A DNA stretch of 64,000 nt from NCBI GenBank assembly GCA_040830765.1, contig JBFOMH010000026.1, forward strand, positions 56,386 to 120,385, read 5' to 3'. Below the pieces are notes generated by a model. It did not search any database, had not been told where the DNA came from, and worked only from the letters and a program-made list of their open reading frames with translations. Made by a program: the position numbers and the translations under genes. Source of the stretch: Puniceicoccaceae bacterium (GTDB lineage Bacteria; Verrucomicrobiota; Verrucomicrobiia; Opitutales; Oceanipulchritudinaceae). This document shows, piece by piece, positions 18,401-26,075 of this stretch (position 1 is the first letter of the stretch; each line of letters starts with the position of its first letter).

Positions 18401-19367
18401 GCCCCGGTGTCTTTTGAAAGGGCTTGAGCTCCTGTTCGGTGTTCGCGGAGACGCTGACCCGAAAGCTCAGCGTTGGCTTTGGATACTCAAATGCGGTTTT
18501 GCTGATCAGGTTGACGGTACCTCCGATCCCTGCATTGGGCTGGTCAGGTGTTGGTACCTTGATGACTTCTATTCGGGAAGCATTGTTGATGGAGAGCATG
18601 TCAAGGCCGATAGCTGGATCCAGCGTTCCCGGAGCAGCATTGGCGATTGGGATTCCGTCAATGGTGATGGCTGTTTCGTTCGCCCCGTATCCACGAATGG
18701 AAATAGTGTTGGCGTCTGCGCCTGAAGAATAGTTACCCCCGGCATCTCCACTCCCTCCATACCCAATGGTTACTCCCGGTATATACTTCACGAATTCTCC
18801 AATATTTCCCTGGGCAATCAGTCCATAGGCATCCGTATCGACAACGTTTTTGAGATTAACCGAATACCGCTCCTCCTGAATCGCCAGTTCTGAAACCTCC
18901 TGAAATGTTGGCCTGACTACATACTCCTCTAATTCGTATACATATTCCTCATCCGATCGGACATCCATTAGTCGGAAGTCGTGTTCAGCGGTCTCTCCTG
19001 CAGTGACGGTAACGGTTTTCGTTTCTGTTCGTTTCCCCGTAAAGCTGACCCGTAAGGTCACTTCGCCAGCAGGAACGTTAATCAACCGATATTCGCCAAA
19101 CTGGTTGCTGAAGGCACGGTTATTGCCGCCGACGACAGATACTTGAACACGGTTCATGTAGAGCCCCGTATTGGGATTGAATACCCGCCCTTGAATCGAT
19201 CCAGTCATCGTGGACCCGGGAGAATTGGCAGTTGATTGGGCGAACATCCCAGTAACCAGAACACCCGAAGCCAGCATGAAGACAGGGACTAGCTTAAGGA
19301 GCACCCGTACGGGAAGAAATTGATAGATTAGAGAGACCTTTGGAACACAGCGTTGGGTGACGCACAT
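15411..19367 (-). CDS. TonB-dependent receptor with N-terminal carboxypeptidase-regulatory-like domain
   Basis: GSIQGRVFN...GEYRLINVPAG; YELEEYVV; plug GEFVKYIPGV...RIEVIKVPTPD...GGTVNL; ends FTIGISGRL. Start probably 19367, after a C-rich leader (ORF-track start 19484). Confidence 0.88.
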   Translation of the reverse strand: MCVTQRCVPKVSLIYQFLPVRVLLKLVPVFMLASGVLVTGMFAQSTANSPGSTMTGSIQGRVFNPNTGLYMNRVQVSVVGGNNRAFSNQFGEYRLINVPAGEVTLRVSFTGKRTETKTVTVTAGETAEHDFRLMDVRSDEEYVYELEEYVVRPTFQEVSELAIQEERYSVNLKNVVDTDAYGLIAQGNIGEFVKYIPGVTIGYGGSGDAGGNYSSGADANTISIRGYGANETAITIDGIPIANAAPGTLDPAIGLDMLSINNASRIEVIKVPTPDQPNAGIGGTVNLISKTAFEYPKPTLSFRVSVSANTEQELKPFQKTPGPMNKQTYKILPNADLTYALPLNDKIGLTFTLASANQASENDRLRVNVSRSPEGWHPVEREADETVFGDRTYWLVNDPQFNQWQDTYGADWTNWTEEEFVQMYTAAGVPESRLEEVLEKVKRLPRYDREGNNLGAWAPEDIENYNQLPIFVNRDGEEVGRVLRDYAHPYISRVQVTDSPRISRKLSGGIKLDWRPLKGLLLTTNYSVSTFEDQDAKRRVHQTIGAPTVFGEDFVFSDTGGVRLDTDAFSREGISQTAYIRAQYIRGPWNVRAHYSYSRSESDINTAEKGHFSVVELSMGGIDFTEFLEIDDLGVPQNIYHYRDILDEEGNVVDREQVDIADLTNYGIANYDPEDPTAATLKVRAAGINSLSEVHSVKFDVRRDLDFLPIGFMNLAVKAGADWEERDERKFGRGSNYQFLYVGEEENAPLDIDDFRDETYAGVDPGFGLNPLEWPDVFKLYSYHINNPGAFSDTNDDVPLGGSGTERSVAASNYIEEVNTSKAILETKTAVYAQLEGDFFEGRLSVIGGFRYTERERAGNNPTINRRWRRLFYPRDENQDGFPDVIEAWPEDLDLAPGFEDITPDFMDVTTRPGLDSISDPALRANFATFYGYFEQLGAIYADGTLFSAADYQRVQPRTLRATQLEYVKDFQINEASRGQPQPIISASFDITEKLVARASWSISYSNPPFESSGGAGGTLRRFDFISDESGYGGELRVTNPNLDIARTVSWNAGLTYYTTTGGKFSMNGFYDTEKNRAVNVTFLPSTDRENWEFLMGDLGYGPGSEYWDEEWEVSSDITSLSTFINYGYELEARHDLSFLGIWGKHVYLYGSLSQRFEDVKIAENESDLLDIEEDRSPELNASGGVSISYKRLQVQLNFTWRNERTRDLLDGIIWSDPRIGNPAWYQPGTLDDPIPASELREIKRVSPADLRLDLTASFRITKNLSVDFSARNITESNPLDTYILADGGELPYYGQLVGRSETSSYGINFTIGISGRL

Positions 19368-19440
19368 AGTGGGTGTGGGATGGGTTTGGGGTGGGGGACC
19401 TTCGCGGTAGCGACTTCGCCCGTTGGTTGAAGGAGAAAGA

Positions 19441-19524
19441 ATTTCATGCCAGTGAAATAGTCCCCGGTCAAGAAATTTCACCATGATATAAAGTAAACAA
19501 TTAATATGAAATAAAACTATTTCA
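19441..19524. promoter_or_regulatory. Candidate operator sites in the divergent TBDR / secreted-protein promoter
   Basis: ATTTCA-N6-TGAAAT at 19441-19458, ATTTCA at 19475-19480, TGAAAT-N6-ATTTCA at 19507-19524. Confidence 0.45.
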
Positions 19525-19668
19525 CTAACATAATCTTCTTAGACCCTTTATTATATTGACTAGAGCCGTATGAGTTGTGATTAAGAGTTAGCGAATTATT
19601 GATGAAAATCAGATGAATTAATAATTCTACAGATCATTCCTTATTGCCAACACAATCTGAAATACCCC

Positions 19669-21051
19669 ATGAAAACCATCACTTGGAATACTCGCAGCCT
19701 GCGCTCAGCAGGTGTCCTGTTATGCGCATGCACCCTTTTTTGCTCCATGAGGATGCATGCTGAACTTATTGCCTACGAAGGGTTCGATTACACTGCCGGA
19801 ACAATCCTGGGGCCGAATGACCTGATTGGTGAAGGTGAACTCGGCAATGGTTGGGAAGGGGTCTGGATCCGGTCGCGAAATTCAACCCCTAGTGGATATG
19901 CTCCGTTGCAGGATGGAAGTTTGTCCTATACTGATGCCTATGGAAGCACGCTCATAACTTCGGGTAATCACGTCCTGGTATCGGGACAGACTATGACAGA
20001 AGGCGGACAGAATACGACAGTTGGTCGCGATTTGGCCGGGCTGGAATCAACGCCTGGGAGCGTGTATTACATCTCCTTTATTGCCCAACGTCTCGGAGAT
20101 CCGGTGGATATGAGCAATGCGTATTGGGACACCCTTGATCCCCCGGGATACATTTATGGAACAAATGCCTATCCCCGGGCAGCGGGAGTCCGCTTCCTGC
20201 CAGATGCCGGCAACAATAAACTGAGTGCGCTCGTGGGTCGGTTTTCGAATCAGCCGACGGGTGTCTGGACGCTAGCAGGAGAAGCCCTCACGGGAGACAA
20301 TGATATTGAAAGTGATGTTCCCCTTACAGAGACATCCTTTATTGTGGTCAGGATCGAATATTTTGACGGGGGACCAGGTGTCGACTCAGGGGGTAACCCG
20401 ATTGACGTCATTGGGACAACCGTCAGCCTCTGGGTGAATCCGGAAAACCTCAAAATTGAGACTGCTCCCGTTGGCACGGCAACGCCGGTCGATGAAGATC
20501 TTGGTGATCAGCCGGTCCTTTGGGGGATTGATGGAATTGGGATTGAAGGTAACAATGAGTCGGTCACTCCCGAGGGATTTGTCACGCGCGCCGTCTCCAA
20601 GATTGCAGTCGATGAATTGCGCATCGGCACAACTTGGGATGATGTAACTCCCAGTGAGGGTGGTTCGTCCCCGATGTGGGCTCATTATCCAATCCAACCA
20701 GATGGTTCTTCAGTCGATACGGGCGGACTTGTCGGGTGGATCGATTATTCTGGTTCGGATTTTGTCTTTAGCTACAGTCTCGGCAAGTATATCTACATGC
20801 CTCAGGCTTATGTAAGCACATTGGGGGCCTGGTTCTTCATTCTCGGTGAGAGCACCCCACAGTCAGGTGAGTCATTGTGGGCTGGATACAGCAAGGACGC
20901 TGAAGGTTATGTCGACACAATGGGCCTGTTGGGTTGGATATGGGTTGGACCACAAGGTTACATATACAGCTTTGACCTTGGAAAGTATATTTACCTTCCG
21001 GAGGAATTTGTCATTTCCAGTGGTGCCTGGGCCTATGCCGGCGTTGAGTAG
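19669..21051 (+). CDS. Secreted hypothetical protein with two C-terminal aromatic-rich repeats
   Basis: Signal peptide; ELIAYEGFDY...DELRIGTTWDDV domain; tandem WAxY...VDTxGL(V/L)GWI...LGKYIY(M/L)P...GAW repeats. Confidence 0.8.
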   Translation: MKTITWNTRSLRSAGVLLCACTLFCSMRMHAELIAYEGFDYTAGTILGPNDLIGEGELGNGWEGVWIRSRNSTPSGYAPLQDGSLSYTDAYGSTLITSGNHVLVSGQTMTEGGQNTTVGRDLAGLESTPGSVYYISFIAQRLGDPVDMSNAYWDTLDPPGYIYGTNAYPRAAGVRFLPDAGNNKLSALVGRFSNQPTGVWTLAGEALTGDNDIESDVPLTETSFIVVRIEYFDGGPGVDSGGNPIDVIGTTVSLWVNPENLKIETAPVGTATPVDEDLGDQPVLWGIDGIGIEGNNESVTPEGFVTRAVSKIAVDELRIGTTWDDVTPSEGGSSPMWAHYPIQPDGSSVDTGGLVGWIDYSGSDFVFSYSLGKYIYMPQAYVSTLGAWFFILGESTPQSGESLWAGYSKDAEGYVDTMGLLGWIWVGPQGYIYSFDLGKYIYLPEEFVISSGAWAYAGVE

Positions 21052-21098
21052 CCCCTTCTGCTCCAAATAACCAGGACTTTTTGCTTCAGCTGCTGACG

Positions 21099-21905
21099 TT
21101 ACTCGCTTCCGGCGACAATCGCGGTATCCCCGAGTCCTTCGGGGCCCATGCTCTGGTAGCCGCCATCGACTGGCAGGTCGGTGCCGGTTATGAAGGACGC
21201 ATCATCGCTGAGGAGAAACAGGACCGGCTTGGCGACTTCCTCGACGAAGCCCAGGCGTCTCAACATATGATACGCGCCCCAGACCGGGGTATACTTTTCC
21301 CGGTCGCCACCGGCTGCCTTGTCCACTTCCCGGGTCCAAATCCAGCCGGGGCTGACAGAGTTGACGCGGATCCCTTTCGAAGCCAGGTCCAATGCGGAGC
21401 ACTTGGTCAATTGATTGACGGCCCCCTTGGCGCAGTTGTAGGTCCATCGCTCCTTTTGCGCAACAAAGCCTGAAATGCTGGAAACGTTAACGATACTGCC
21501 TGCCCCGGACTTTTCCATGTGGGGAGTTACCAGTTGAGTCATCAAGGCGTAGGCAATTGGCCCGACAGCGTAAGTATGCTCCCAGTCTTCTGGTTTGGCA
21601 TCGAGCGCCTTGGCGAGAAAAGAGAAGGCATTATTAACCAGATAGTTGATTGTGCCCCACTTGTCGGCCGTTGCCTCCACGACATGTTGACAAAACGCCT
21701 CGTCTTTCATGTTGCCGGGGAAGAGCTCCACTTTGTATCCAGTCTCCTGTAACTTCTTATACGCCTCATCGCCGTCCTGTTCCAATCCAGTAATGGATAC
21801 CTTGCAGCCTTCCTGGCAGAGTGCTTCAGCGATGGCATAGCCAATGCCGGCTGTGCCTCCGGTTACGATGGCGACCTTGTCTTGAAATCTTTTTGAATGA
21901 CTCAT
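21099..21905 (-). CDS. SDR family oxidoreductase
   Basis: TGGTAGIG, VNNA, SSIS, YNCAK, NSVSPG, ITGTDLPVDGG. Confidence 0.92.
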   Translation of the reverse strand: MSHSKRFQDKVAIVTGGTAGIGYAIAEALCQEGCKVSITGLEQDGDEAYKKLQETGYKVELFPGNMKDEAFCQHVVEATADKWGTINYLVNNAFSFLAKALDAKPEDWEHTYAVGPIAYALMTQLVTPHMEKSGAGSIVNVSSISGFVAQKERWTYNCAKGAVNQLTKCSALDLASKGIRVNSVSPGWIWTREVDKAAGGDREKYTPVWGAYHMLRRLGFVEEVAKPVLFLLSDDASFITGTDLPVDGGYQSMGPEGLGDTAIVAGSE

Positions 21906-21906
21906 T

Positions 21907-22869
21907 TTACTTTCCTATCTGGTTGACCGGGTTCTTTGGGGCCCCGCCCCTGAGGCAGCGGACCATCTCTTCCGCTGCGCACTTTTGCAGATTCGTAATG
22001 CTGGACTCACTGTAGTAGGACATATGCGAGGTGAGAAGGGCGTTCTCGCAGCTCAGCAGAGGATGATCCAGTGGGATGGGTTCCTCTTCGAAAACATCAA
22101 TCCCGGCATAGGCGATTATCCTATTGTTCAGTGCCTCCGCCAGATCGACTGTGTTAATCAGGGGTCCCCGGGCCGTATTGATGAGGATGGAAGTTGGCTT
22201 CATCGCGGCAAGGGTATCCTTGTTGACGAGATGTTTGTTTTCCCCCGTCATGGGAGCGTTGATGCTCAAAACGTCGGCGATTGAAAACATCTCCTCAACG
22301 CTGTGCAACCGGCTGACGCCTGTTTCAGTGAACAAGGCATCGTCGACAAAGGGATCGTAGGCATGCAGCTTGAACCCGAAGGCTTTGGCTCTCCGATGAA
22401 TGCCACAGGCAATGCGGCCCAGCCCGTAGGTGACAAAGTTCATTTCCCTGAAGGCATGCATGGGAGTGACTGGACTCAGGGACCAGTTTCCCTTTCGCAA
22501 GCGTTTATCGAGGGCGGGTAATTGGCGTCCCAGCGCCAATGCCAGGCTGACAGCGTGATCGGCAACTTCCTCAATGCAGTAGTCCGGAATATTGCAAACC
22601 TGGATGCCTTTAGCCGTTGCCGCCTCAAGGTCGACATTATCGTACCCGATGCCATAGCGGATGATCGCTTTGCAGTTCTCCAGTTGGTCGATCAACGCCT
22701 TAGTGAAAGGGGAGAATTGAACAAATATGCCATCCGCATCCTTGGCGTGCTGGACGATTTCATCTACCGTATCCCAGGGACCTACGGACAGGGTTGCGCC
22801 AATGGAATCCATGGCGGCCTTTTCATGAACATGGTCCGCAAAGGAATTTCTGGTTATGACAGTCTTCAT
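21907..22869 (-). CDS. D-isomer-specific 2-hydroxyacid dehydrogenase (CtBP-like subfamily)
   Basis: RYGIGYDNVD, NIPDYCIEEVADH, GLGRIA, LINTARG, DVFEEEP, TSHMSYYS. Confidence 0.9.
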   Translation of the reverse strand: MKTVITRNSFADHVHEKAAMDSIGATLSVGPWDTVDEIVQHAKDADGIFVQFSPFTKALIDQLENCKAIIRYGIGYDNVDLEAATAKGIQVCNIPDYCIEEVADHAVSLALALGRQLPALDKRLRKGNWSLSPVTPMHAFREMNFVTYGLGRIACGIHRRAKAFGFKLHAYDPFVDDALFTETGVSRLHSVEEMFSIADVLSINAPMTGENKHLVNKDTLAAMKPTSILINTARGPLINTVDLAEALNNRIIAYAGIDVFEEEPIPLDHPLLSCENALLTSHMSYYSESSITNLQKCAAEEMVRCLRGGAPKNPVNQIGK

Positions 22870-22878
22870 GTTATCTGC

Positions 22879-23892
22879 TTACGGATTCAGGATTGCCTTA
22901 ATGTGGTTGCCTTGAGGATTCAACATGGTGCGAAAGGCTTTTTCTCCCTCATCAAGGGTATAACGGTCTATCCAGTCCAAATTGATCTTCTGGTTTTTCA
23001 ATAAATCGATCGCGATTTTGTAATCCGGTTGATTGGCCGAGTATGTCCCGAGAACCTGTTTCTCACCCAGTGTAATTCCGTAGCTGTTAAGGCTTATCTT
23101 GTCCGTGCCCAGTCCCAGCCACACGGCGCAGCCGCCCGGTCGCAGGCATTCGATGGATTGGGCTTTTGTCGATTCCGTTCCGGCAGCATCGACCACAACA
23201 TCAAATCCTTCGCCTTTGGTAAAATCCAGCATTTGGTCCCGGTTGCTTTCGTCTCCGGCAAGGCTGGTTGCTGAAGCCCCCAGCATCTTCGCGGTATCCA
23301 GCCTTTCCTGTATCGTGTCGGTTACATAGGTCCTTGTTCCCATTAGGACCTGCAGTGCCTGCTGGCACATCAGTCCGATGGGACCGGCTCCAATAACCAG
23401 GGCATTCTGCGGGTTGGTGTGCCTCGTCAGGCTGACAACATGAACGCCATTGCCCAACGGTTCGGTCAGGCAGGCATGATTCGCGGGCAAGCTGTCCGGC
23501 CACTGGTAAAGTGCGTGGATGGGGACACTCACATACTCCGCAAATGCACCGTTGCGGTGCATGCCAAACAATTCCTTGTTCGGACACAGGTGGTAATTGC
23601 CCCGATGGCAAGTTTGACATTTGCGACAGGGAACCAGCGCACTGACGATCACCCTGTCGCCAACCCTGAAGTCCCCTCCGGTTGAAATGTCGACAATTTC
23701 GCCGCAAAACTCATGCCCGAGAATGATGGGCGGCTTTCGCCTTCGGCTTATTGACTTAAAGGATTCCAGCTCGCTCCCGCAAATTCCACAGGCAGCTACC
23801 TTGACGATGGCCTCATCCATTTGTGAGAGGCTCGGATCGGTGAATTCCTGAAGTTCTATCGTTTCCCAATCTACGTAAACGAGGGCCTTCAT
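22879..23892 (-). CDS. Zinc-dependent (MDR) sugar/polyol dehydrogenase
   Basis: CGICGSE, LGHEFCG, structural Zn site CRKCQTC...C, GAGPIG. Confidence 0.9.
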   Translation of the reverse strand: MKALVYVDWETIELQEFTDPSLSQMDEAIVKVAACGICGSELESFKSISRRRKPPIILGHEFCGEIVDISTGGDFRVGDRVIVSALVPCRKCQTCHRGNYHLCPNKELFGMHRNGAFAEYVSVPIHALYQWPDSLPANHACLTEPLGNGVHVVSLTRHTNPQNALVIGAGPIGLMCQQALQVLMGTRTYVTDTIQERLDTAKMLGASATSLAGDESNRDQMLDFTKGEGFDVVVDAAGTESTKAQSIECLRPGGCAVWLGLGTDKISLNSYGITLGEKQVLGTYSANQPDYKIAIDLLKNQKINLDWIDRYTLDEGEKAFRTMLNPQGNHIKAILNP

Positions 23893-24743
23893 AAATGATA
23901 AATTCTCCTCGCGTTGGCATTGAAAAACAGCACCTGCTCGGTGTCGCTGAAATCATCCAGATAACGGGTAATCGTCTCGTACCACCTTGCGTAGGTTCCG
24001 TTCAGTGTGCAGACGGGCCAATCGCCACCAAAGAACACCCGGTCGATTGTGAATTGCTCAAAGACGGTGTCGAGGTAAGGCCGCAGGTCCTCGTACGACC
24101 AGTCCTCTCCAGCCTCATTCATGAGACCGGACACCTTGCTGGTGGTATTGGGTAGGCTCGCCAGTTGGGCGATGTATTCATCCCAGGGGGAGAGAATTCC
24201 GTCCGCGATGAAGGGCTTACCGATGTGGTTGAGGATAAAGGGGACATTGGGTGTTTGCCGGACCAGGGAGAGGACATTCTCGAATTGCTGATCCCCCTTG
24301 ATGCAAATCTCAAAGTTCCAACCACACTTTTCCATCAGTTGGACGCCTTTTATAAAGTCGGGTTGCAGGCAGAATTCATCATCGTCTTCAAATTGGATAA
24401 TCCTCCGAATGCCGTTAACGAGTGGGTAATCCTTCAGCTTGTCGATATCCTCCTGGGCGGCATCTCCCTTTTCCAGCGGTGCCCAGGCGGTAATGGATTG
24501 GATGCGTGAGTCTTGCGTTTGTGCGATGTCGCTCACCCACTTGACTTCATCCAGGTACTGACTGGGCTCCGCTTCGCACTGGAGGAAGACCATTTTTTCA
24601 ATCTCGATGCCCTGCGTGGCCTTCTTGTAATCGGGAATCAGGTGGGGGGCATTGATGCTGGGGACATCCTTCAACCAAGGGTAATGGATGGCGTTGGGAT
24701 CCCAAAGGTGCAAATGGGTGTCGATAATCGGGGTCTTATTCAT
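23889..24743 (-). CDS. Amidohydrolase family protein (L-fucono-1,5-lactonase-like sugar-acid lactonase)
   Basis: IIDTHLHLWD, GIRR, LNHIGKP, SKVSGL, FGGDWPVC; ATGA overlap with the downstream dehydrogenase. Confidence 0.85.
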   Translation of the reverse strand: MNKTPIIDTHLHLWDPNAIHYPWLKDVPSINAPHLIPDYKKATQGIEIEKMVFLQCEAEPSQYLDEVKWVSDIAQTQDSRIQSITAWAPLEKGDAAQEDIDKLKDYPLVNGIRRIIQFEDDDEFCLQPDFIKGVQLMEKCGWNFEICIKGDQQFENVLSLVRQTPNVPFILNHIGKPFIADGILSPWDEYIAQLASLPNTTSKVSGLMNEAGEDWSYEDLRPYLDTVFEQFTIDRVFFGGDWPVCTLNGTYARWYETITRYLDDFSDTEQVLFFNANARRIYHL

Positions 24744-24809
24744 CGTTCACAAGGGGGATTTAACGGGCGCATTCTCCATGAGACGGAGTATTCTGACAGT
24801 ATCGGTGGA

Positions 24810-25877
24810 TTATGTCGGTGAGGAAGACTTTGGCAACGCAATCGGATGGACATACTCGGGATCCTTCTCCTGCCGGTACTGAATGGTGGCAATCTCCTTC
24901 CATACGGCAATGAGGCCGTGCTTGGTCGGCGGGAGGTCATGCCGGATGAGGCGGTGTAACCTGGCTAACCGGTAGCACGGCACAGCGGCATACATGTGAT
25001 GCTCCGTGTGGAAATTCATATGCCAGTAGAGGAATTGAACGACTGGATTAAGGGTGAACGTGCGGCAGCACAGGCGGAAGTCCGGTACAAAATCCCGCAG
25101 GCCGATATGCTGGGTATTGTTGCACAGGAAAAAGAGCCATCCACCATAGAAACGGGAACCGGTGACCAGCAGGGGCACTATCCAGTATCCACTAACCAAT
25201 CCCCCCGCGATAATCAGGCCATGGCCGAGGAGTAGCACTCGTGCCCAATTTACAGGAGCCTTGCGCTTCTTCGGGTCAGACTCCGGAAACAAGGTTTCCT
25301 CCCATTCGCCTTTAAAATTCCCCAGGGCCTTCTCGATGACCCATTTTGGGGTGTAGTAAAGGTCCTTGAAATTGATGAAGGCAGAGAGGAAAAAGTGACG
25401 CACCATCAGTTTGATGGGCAGGACAACCTCCAAATCGTCTGGCGGATGCAAAGTGTACCGATGGTGGCGGATATGGCTCTCCTGGAAGGTCTCATCATTG
25501 ATTATCCCGAGAAACGCGAAGATCTTGCAAAAGAAACGATTGCACCAGCGGGTTTTGAAGACGGTTCCATGCCCCAATTCATGCACGGCGTTGATCATGA
25601 AGGCGGCTACGGTCCCGTGCAGAAATACCAACAGCACGGTGGTCCAGGCGGGCCAGAATGCGAAAGAGACGATGGCCAGGGTGAGGGTGGTCAGGTAGAG
25701 GCCCAGGTATCCGCCTGTCTGCAGGGCCCCCAAGAGGTCGCTTTTGCGGTGAAGGCTCTTGAATTCCTCCTTTGATATCGGGCTGCGGTACCAGTCAATC
25801 GCCGGGGCATTGCGCTGTTTGGCTGTAAAGACGGGGAGGGCATCCGGCTCTTGGGGAAGAGGAGATGGGATCTTCAT
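24810..25877 (-). CDS. Membrane fatty-acid-desaturase superfamily protein, MocD (rhizopine oxygenase)-like
   Basis: His boxes HELGH, HIRHH, HTEHH; N-terminal WYRSPI...RKSD, TQHIGL and FLYWHMNFHTEHHMYAAVPCY resemble the MocD-like subfamily. Confidence 0.75.
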   Translation of the reverse strand: MKIPSPLPQEPDALPVFTAKQRNAPAIDWYRSPISKEEFKSLHRKSDLLGALQTGGYLGLYLTTLTLAIVSFAFWPAWTTVLLVFLHGTVAAFMINAVHELGHGTVFKTRWCNRFFCKIFAFLGIINDETFQESHIRHHRYTLHPPDDLEVVLPIKLMVRHFFLSAFINFKDLYYTPKWVIEKALGNFKGEWEETLFPESDPKKRKAPVNWARVLLLGHGLIIAGGLVSGYWIVPLLVTGSRFYGGWLFFLCNNTQHIGLRDFVPDFRLCCRTFTLNPVVQFLYWHMNFHTEHHMYAAVPCYRLARLHRLIRHDLPPTKHGLIAVWKEIATIQYRQEKDPEYVHPIALPKSSSPT

Positions 25878-26075
25878 TTCGTCATCCTAACACAATCAGC
25901 AATGGATTGCTTTCTAAAATCTACGGCAATCCGTAATTATCGGCCCAAAACCATCCACGTCCTTGACTTCTCGTTGATTTAACCTAACACAGAGGCCAGT
26001 GGTTGCCGCAACGGGACAGATTCTCAAATCTCTGGACTTCAACTTACGGCGTGGACGTCTTGTCACGGGATAAGC

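Noticed and set aside
24792..24804. TCTGACAGTATCG, a partial match to the 13-bp operator
   Set aside because: Right arm degenerate; not counted in the regulon
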